A stretch of 35,945 bases of DNA from Pseudomonadota bacterium (GTDB lineage: Bacteria > Pseudomonadota > Gammaproteobacteria > Burkholderiales > Burkholderiaceae_D), in NCBI GenBank assembly GCA_023420795.1, contig JAEZVM010000257.1, positions 1-35,945 on the forward strand, given 5' to 3'. This document shows positions 30,946 through 35,945 of the stretch, piece after piece. The translations under genes and the position numbers were made by a program. The notes beneath the pieces are model-generated. The model did not search any database and was not told the DNA's origin. It saw only the letters and a list, made by a program, of their open reading frames with translations. Numbering within the stretch: position 1 is the first letter of the stretch; each line of letters opens with the position of its first letter.

Positions 30946-32699
30946 ATGCTCTCCTCGACGGGGTTGGCCGGAACGATGATGTCGGTCACCGTCGAATCCG
31001 GCGCGATATTCAGCGCACGCAATGCGTTGGCGGTAACTGCGGAAAACACCGGCGCCGCGACCTGCCCGCCGTAGTGGAAACCGTTCGACGGTTCATCGAC
31101 CATCACCGCGACGATGATGCGCGGGTCGGATACCGGCGCGAAACCGACGAACGACGACACATACTTGTTTGCATACTGGCCGTTGACCAGCTTGTGCGCC
31201 GTGCCCGTCTTGCCGGCCACCCGGTATCCCGGTACCTGCGCCTTGGGCGCGGTGCCCTCCGGCCCAGCCGCCATTTCCAGCATCAGACGCACATCGCGTG
31301 CGGTTTTCTCCGATATCACGCGCTGGCTGATCGGCCGGTCGCCGGCTTTCTGCAGCGTCAATGGGATCATGTCGCCATCGCGCGCAAAGATCATGTAGGA
31401 CTGCGCGACCTGGATCAGCGAAGTCGAAATGCCATGCCCATAGCTCATCGTCGCCTGCTCGATCGGCTTCCACGATTTGTACGGGCGCACGCGACCGGCG
31501 ACGGCACCGGGGAACCCGAGCTTGGGCTGCTGGCCGAAGCCGATGGTGGTAAACATTTCCCACATCTGCTGCGGCTGCAGCTGCAATGCAAGCTTGGTGG
31601 TACCGACGTTGGACGATTTCTCCAGCACCTGCGCCACCGTCAGCACGCCATGCGGATGCGAGTCTCCGATGGTTGCGCGGCCAATCGTGATGCGCCCAGG
31701 CGCCGTCTGGATACTGGTATTCGGGGTGACCAGCCTGTTTTCCAGTGCGAGTGCCACCGTGAACGGTTTCAGCGTCGAACCCGGCTCGAAGGTATCGGTC
31801 ATGACGCGGTTGCGCAACTGCGCACCGGTCAGGCGCGCACGGTCGTTCGGGTTATAGGTCGGCAGGTTCACCAGCGCCAGCACCTCGCCGGTATTCACAT
31901 CCAGCACGACAATCGCGGCGGCTTTTGCCTTGTGCTTCTCCACCGCTTCTTTCAGATGCGAGTAGGCGATGTACTGGATCTTGCGGTCGATAGCCAGCGC
32001 AAGGTCCTTGCCGTCATGCGGCAGCCGGACCGACTCGATATCTTCGACAACCCGCCCCAGCCGGTCCTTGATCACACGGCGGCTGCCGCTGGTGCCGGCA
32101 AGGTTTTTCTGGAACGCGAGCTCCATGCCCTCCTGGCCGACATCCTCGACATTCGTAAAGCCGACCACATGGGCCATCACCTCGCCGTCGGGGTAGTAGC
32201 GCTTGTATTCGCGGCGGGTGCCGATCCCAGGGACGTTGAGCGCGGTGATCTTGTCAGTGACGTCGTTTTCTACCTGCCGCTTCAGGTAAACGAAGGTGCG
32301 GTCAGAATCGAGCTTCTTGCGCAGGTCGCGCTCGCTCATGTCGAGCAGCCGGGCCAGTTCGGAGATTTTCCCCGCAGGCGCCTCGAGCACGTCTTCCGGA
32401 ATCGCCCATACTGCCTTCACCGGTAGAGACGATGCCAGCACCTGGCCGTTGCGGTCCGTGATCTTGCCGCGTGTAGCCGGCAGCTCCAGCGTGCGCGCAT
32501 AGCGCGACGCACCCTGCTTCTGCAGGAATTCGGTGGAAATCCCCTGCAGCCAGAGCGCGCGGCCGGCGAGCGCGGCGAAACCGGCGAACAGCGAGAACAG
32601 CACTATGCGGGAACGCCATACCGGCAGCTTGACCGCGAGGACCGGACTGGCGCTGAACTGGACGCCCTTGCCTGCAGCGGTGCGTGACGCGCTGCGCAT
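30942..32699 (-). CDS. ftsI: Septal transpeptidase FtsI (PBP3)
   Basis: N-terminal TM, RGKITDRNG, SxxK (STLK), SxN (SSN), KTG motifs. Confidence 0.98.
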   Translation of the reverse strand: MRSASRTAAGKGVQFSASPVLAVKLPVWRSRIVLFSLFAGFAALAGRALWLQGISTEFLQKQGASRYARTLELPATRGKITDRNGQVLASSLPVKAVWAIPEDVLEAPAGKISELARLLDMSERDLRKKLDSDRTFVYLKRQVENDVTDKITALNVPGIGTRREYKRYYPDGEVMAHVVGFTNVEDVGQEGMELAFQKNLAGTSGSRRVIKDRLGRVVEDIESVRLPHDGKDLALAIDRKIQYIAYSHLKEAVEKHKAKAAAIVVLDVNTGEVLALVNLPTYNPNDRARLTGAQLRNRVMTDTFEPGSTLKPFTVALALENRLVTPNTSIQTAPGRITIGRATIGDSHPHGVLTVAQVLEKSSNVGTTKLALQLQPQQMWEMFTTIGFGQQPKLGFPGAVAGRVRPYKSWKPIEQATMSYGHGISTSLIQVAQSYMIFARDGDMIPLTLQKAGDRPISQRVISEKTARDVRLMLEMAAGPEGTAPKAQVPGYRVAGKTGTAHKLVNGQYANKYVSSFVGFAPVSDPRIIVAVMVDEPSNGFHYGGQVAAPVFSAVTANALRALNIAPDSTVTDIIVPANPVEESM

Positions 32700-32971
32700 C
32701 AGTTCGCCCCCATTGTCAGATATTGGGTTCGATCGGGCGTCACGGCGACCATGTTGAGATCGCGTCGTGCATTCGCTTCAATCCGGGCGTGCTTGACCAA
32801 TGTCGATTGATCGAGCTGCAACTGCGCCCATTCGATGTCGAGCTGCCGGGCTGCTGCCTGCGCGCGCTCAAGTTCGATGAACAGGCGCCGTGCCTGGTAC
32901 TGCGCATTGACCAGTGAAAGCGCGCACAGCACCAGCGCCACGGTCAGGAGCACATTGATGCGCCCGCTCAT
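32699..32971 (-). CDS. ftsL: Cell division protein FtsL
   Basis: 90 aa, TM helix plus leucine-rich coiled coil; position between rsmH and ftsI. Confidence 0.93.
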   Translation of the reverse strand: MSGRINVLLTVALVLCALSLVNAQYQARRLFIELERAQAAARQLDIEWAQLQLDQSTLVKHARIEANARRDLNMVAVTPDRTQYLTMGAN

Positions 32972-33936
32972 TGAGCAACCTCCCGTGCCCGGATGCGCTC
33001 GGCGACGCGCATGATCGCGGAACGCGCGCGCGGATTGGCAGCGACTTCGGCATCCGACGGCTTCAGCTTCGTCAGCAGCTTCAACTCCGGCTGCGGCAGG
33101 TCGACCGCACGAATCGGCAGGCGGCGGTCGGGCTGCGGCGCACTGGCCTTGGAGGCCAGGAAGCGCTTGACGATGCGATCTTCCAGCGAATGAAAGCTGA
33201 TCACAGCCAATCTCCCCTGCGGAGCCAGTTTTTCTAATGCGGCCTGAAGTCCTATTTCGAGTTCTTCAAGCTCTTTATTGATGTGAATCCGGATAGCCTG
33301 AAAGGTACGAGTGGCCGGGTCTTTGCCCTTCTCGCGGGTTTTGACGGCGTGTGCCACGATCTCGGCAAGCTGTCGTGTGCCTGAAATTGGGCGCTCTGCC
33401 CGGCGAGCAACAATCGCCTTTGCAATCTGAAAAGCAAACCGTTCTTCCCCATAATCGCGTATCACCTTTCCTATCGTCTGTTCTGACTCGGTTGCGAGCC
33501 ACTCCGCCGCCGACATCCCGCGCGTGGTATCCATGCGCATATCGAGCGGGCCGTCCAGTCGAAAGCTGAAACCCCGCGCCGCTTCATCCACCTGCGGCGA
33601 CGAGATTCCCAGATCTAGCAAAATTCCATCTGCCTGCGTCACGCCGCGTACTGCCAGCGCCTCGCCCATCGTGGCAAAACTGTCATGCACGATCTCGAAG
33701 CGCGAATCCGCAATCGCCTGCGCGTTCGCAATCGCCTGCGGATCCTTGTCGAATGCGATCAGGCGACCTTTGTCGCCCAGTCGCTCCAGAATCCGGCGGC
33801 TATGCCCGCCGCGGCCAAAGGTGCCATCGACATAAACGCCATTGGCGCGCGCACCGTCGATTGCCAGCGCATCGACCGCTTCCTCCAACAGCACCGTACG
33901 GTGCTGCAATCCGGGCACCGCTTGCAGATTCATCAC
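32968..33936 (-). CDS. rsmH: 16S rRNA m4C1402 methyltransferase
   Basis: [51 protein letters not shown]. Start GTG 33936 or ATG 33933. Confidence 0.98.
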   Translation of the reverse strand: MMNLQAVPGLQHRTVLLEEAVDALAIDGARANGVYVDGTFGRGGHSRRILERLGDKGRLIAFDKDPQAIANAQAIADSRFEIVHDSFATMGEALAVRGVTQADGILLDLGISSPQVDEAARGFSFRLDGPLDMRMDTTRGMSAAEWLATESEQTIGKVIRDYGEERFAFQIAKAIVARRAERPISGTRQLAEIVAHAVKTREKGKDPATRTFQAIRIHINKELEELEIGLQAALEKLAPQGRLAVISFHSLEDRIVKRFLASKASAPQPDRRLPIRAVDLPQPELKLLTKLKPSDAEVAANPRARSAIMRVAERIRAREVAQ

Positions 33937-33942
33937 GGGCCG

Positions 33943-34371
33943 TCAGAAAGAAAAATTACTCAGCACGTCCGGCATGCCGTTCGCAACCGCTTCAGCCTCG
34001 TTTTCGGCGAGCTTCGCGGCATCCCAGATCTCGAAATGGCTACCCATGCCAAGCAGCATCACGTCACGCGTGAGGCCGACGGCAGAACGCAGCTCGGGCG
34101 CAATCAGGATGCGCCCGGCAGTATCCATTTCGACATCGGATGCATTGCCAAGGAAAATGCGCTGCCAGGCACGGGCGGACATCGGCCACGCGGCAATCTG
34201 GTCGCGATGGTTTTCCCACACAGGACGGGGGAAGAGCAGCAGGCAACCATGCGGGTGCTTGGTCAGGGTGATGCGTCCTTCGCACTGCAGCGACAGTGCG
34301 TCACGATGCTTGGCCGGAATCGTCATCCGTCCTTTCGCATCGAGATTCAGTGCTGACGCGCCTTGAAACAC
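33943..34371 (-). CDS. mraZ: dcw cluster transcriptional repressor MraZ
   Basis: Two DxxGR motifs (DAKGR, DTAGR); GTG start at 34371 gives 142 aa ([10 protein letters not shown]). Confidence 0.97.
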   Translation of the reverse strand: MFQGASALNLDAKGRMTIPAKHRDALSLQCEGRITLTKHPHGCLLLFPRPVWENHRDQIAAWPMSARAWQRIFLGNASDVEMDTAGRILIAPELRSAVGLTRDVMLLGMGSHFEIWDAAKLAENEAEAVANGMPDVLSNFSF

Positions 34372-34446
34372 CCTGATTACCCTCGTGGTTGTCGTTTTTT
34401 GATCGTGGCTGTGAACAGTGATTATCGAGCTTTTCCAGATTTTCGC

Positions 34447-34481
34447 CCCACAAAAATACACTTTTTCACACTGTTGCCCAC
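34447..34481 (-). promoter_or_regulatory. Four MraZ-binding direct repeats
   Basis: Minus strand GTGGG-caaca-GTGTG-aaaaa-GTGTA-ttttt-GTGGG with exact 10-bp periodicity, matching the known MraZ GTGGG-N5 repeat format. Confidence 0.85.
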
Positions 34482-34508
34482 TTTAGAGGATGGTTAATTT
34501 GCGGTCAA
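34480..34508 (-). promoter_or_regulatory. sigma70 promoter of the dcw operon (Pmra)
   Basis: -35 TTGACC (34508-34503), 17-nt spacer, -10 TAAAGT (34485-34480) overlapping the first MraZ box. Confidence 0.8.
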
Positions 34509-34545
34509 GTAATATTCGGAGGAAAAATGTGATTTTTCTTAATAA

Positions 34546-34558
34546 ACTCAATGACTTA
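34546..34558 (+). promoter_or_regulatory. Candidate IHF site upstream of Pmra
   Basis: ACTCAATGACTTA versus consensus WATCAANNNNTTR (one mismatch), with an A/T-rich 5' flank. Confidence 0.45.
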
Positions 34559-34855
34559 GCGCATTTCGCTAAAGCAACTTGAAGAGGCGATTCCGAGAAA
34601 AATTAAATACTTATCGAAGACATTGAAGGTAATGTCTTAAATATATACATGTGTTTTCTGGGGAAATAAGAAGTGAAGCTCGATGTGGTTCCGTGTTGCA
34701 GTTTGGAAGCTTTGACGTGCCATTCAGCAAAATCGTTCCACCGCGAGTGTGCGATTAGCCTATTGCGAGAGAGACCAAGGCTAGGAAGAGCTAAGCGGCT
34801 GAAATAGAAAAGGGAAGTCGCAGAGGCGAGCGCAGGCACTGGCCGAAATGAAAAT

Positions 34856-35214
34856 GAAGCAAGCCGATAGGCCGGATTCTGTTACGGCGGTCGGTCAACC
34901 CTTCCGCTATGACAGCCATTCATCTAGGCCGTGAATTGCTCCACGGCTCAAGCTTCCTACCCGCACGCTCCGCGAGCAGCCTCAATGCGTGCCTATTTGG
35001 AATTGCTCCGAGTGGAGGTTACCGCGTTTCACCCTTTGTAACGCAGGAAGCGGCTTGCGCCCTCCCCGGTCCCAAAGACTCGTCTCTGTGGCCCTGTTCC
35101 TCGCCTTATACCTTGCGGTTTTCGGCGGACGGTCGTTAGCCGTCACCCTGCCCTGTGGAGTCCGGACCTTCCTCCCGCTATCTTGCGATAGCCAGCGGCT
35201 GTCTGGCTTGCTTC
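34856..35214 (-). ncRNA. rnpB: RNase P RNA, bacterial type A (~359 nt)
   Basis: P1 helix GAAGCAAGCC / GGCTTGCTTC; conserved blocks GAGGAAGGTCCGGACT, GGGTGAAACGCGGTAACCTCCAC, GGAGCAA..CCAAATAG, CTAGATGAATG, ACAGAATCCGGCCTA. Confidence 0.97.
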
Positions 35215-35221
35215 ACCCAAC

Positions 35222-35227
35222 ATTGTA
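35222..35227 (-). promoter_or_regulatory. -10 element of the rnpB promoter
   Basis: TACAAT 7 nt upstream of the predicted rnpB 5' end; no clear -35. Confidence 0.6.
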
Positions 35228-35401
35228 GCGCATCGAGCTGCTGCGGTTTTTCGATATTGCGTGGCGAACACTTTGCCGCCATTTCAGAATTTTTTGGAAC
35301 GCAGATTGTCAGTAATGCATGGCCAGCATGGTGGATTCCCCCCTTCCCTCAGTTTGACAATCATCCCTCGCTCACCCATTCGATGAAACATACTTTGGCA
35401 T

Positions 35402-35902
35402 ATGGCGCTCGTTTCTATCACCGAAGCCGCAAGACTGGTACGCAAAAACCGTTCGACGATCTATCGGGACATCGGCAGGGGTCGCTTGAGCAAAACCGTT
35501 TCTCCGGACGGCGAGACGCAGATAGAAACCTCGGAACTCTTGCGCACCTACGGGCAGCTGCATACAGCCGACGACGGGGATAGCAGCGAAGCCAAGGCGC
35601 AGCTCAGGATCGCGCTGCTGGAAGAACGCAACCGCTCGCTAGAACGCGCGCTTTCACTGGAAGCGGAGCTGCGCAAGGTGAAGGATCAGGTAACCAATGA
35701 ATTGAGAGCACGCCTTGCCGACAAGGACAATGTGATCAAGACACTGGAAAGCAAGGTGCTTTTCCTGGAATACGACAGGCAGAGCGAAGCGACAAAGCCG
35801 AAAGCCACCGAGAACCAGCAGGCCGCGCCGGCAAAACCGGCTGCCCTCAAAAAACCGGTACGCTGGAGAGAATGGTGGAAGCGCCTTGCCGGGAAAAAGT
35901 AG
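35402..35902 (+). CDS. HTH DNA-binding protein with coiled coil and basic/aromatic C-terminal helix (Exc1/RacA-like architecture)
   Basis: N-terminal VSITEAARLVRKNRSTIYRDIGRGRLS...IETSELLRTYG (MerR/excisionase-like HTH), heptad-rich middle, low-complexity linker, tail KKPVRWREWWKRLAGKK. Confidence 0.8.
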   Translation: MALVSITEAARLVRKNRSTIYRDIGRGRLSKTVSPDGETQIETSELLRTYGQLHTADDGDSSEAKAQLRIALLEERNRSLERALSLEAELRKVKDQVTNELRARLADKDNVIKTLESKVLFLEYDRQSEATKPKATENQQAAPAKPAALKKPVRWREWWKRLAGKK

Positions 35903-35911
35903 TGAAACCAA

Positions 35912-35933
35912 GCCGTGCCACATCCGGCACGGC
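35912..35933. terminator. Hairpin downstream of the HTH gene
   Basis: Perfect 8-bp stem GCCGTGCC / GGCACGGC with 6-nt loop; a weak U tract only on the minus strand, so it may serve a convergent gene outside the window. Confidence 0.45.
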
Positions 35934-35945
35934 AACAGATAAATG

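Noticed and set aside
21472..32426. Several 450-640 aa plus-strand ORFs opposite the mur/fts genes
   Set aside because: Same antisense artefact; R/A/H-rich sequences with no family signature.
34603..34839. 78-aa minus-strand ORF between rnpB and mraZ
   Set aside because: Atypical composition, no recognisable motif, lies in regulatory DNA; cannot be supported without Ribo-seq.
34909..35228. Short plus-strand ORFs (76 and 79 aa)
   Set aside because: They overlap the RNase P RNA gene on the opposite strand.
1..35945. CRISPR arrays, tRNA/rRNA genes, defence or toxin-antitoxin systems
   Set aside because: No repeat-spacer pattern or such genes seen; nearly all sequence is accounted for by recognisable genes.

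Overview
GC-rich betaproteobacterial chromosomal window (protein style suggests Oxalobacteraceae/Burkholderiales; inference). It carries the division-and-cell-wall (dcw) cluster on the minus strand: mraZ-rsmH-ftsL-ftsI-murE-murF-mraY-murD-ftsW-murG-murC-ddl-ftsQ-ftsA-ftsZ-peroxiredoxin ... lpxC, then dciA (+), an M23 peptidase, secA and the 5' part of argJ. A ~10 kb glycerol-utilisation block (glpR divergent from glpD-glpSTPQUV-glpK) lies between the peroxiredoxin gene and lpxC. Upstream of mraZ are a sigma70 promoter overlapped by four phased MraZ boxes, an AT-rich region with several palindromes, the RNase P RNA gene rnpB, and a divergent HTH/coiled-coil/amphipathic-tail protein. Most content is housekeeping. 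The best leads are: (1) the HTH protein with RacA/Exc1-like architecture, (2) reciprocal motif degeneracy in the two glycerol ABC ATPases, (3) the glycerol block splitting dcw, with an apparently leaderless lpxC promoter, (4) a long ftsA-ftsZ mRNA hairpin, (5) compensatory changes in the RNase P P4 helix. No mobile-element genes or CRISPR arrays were seen.
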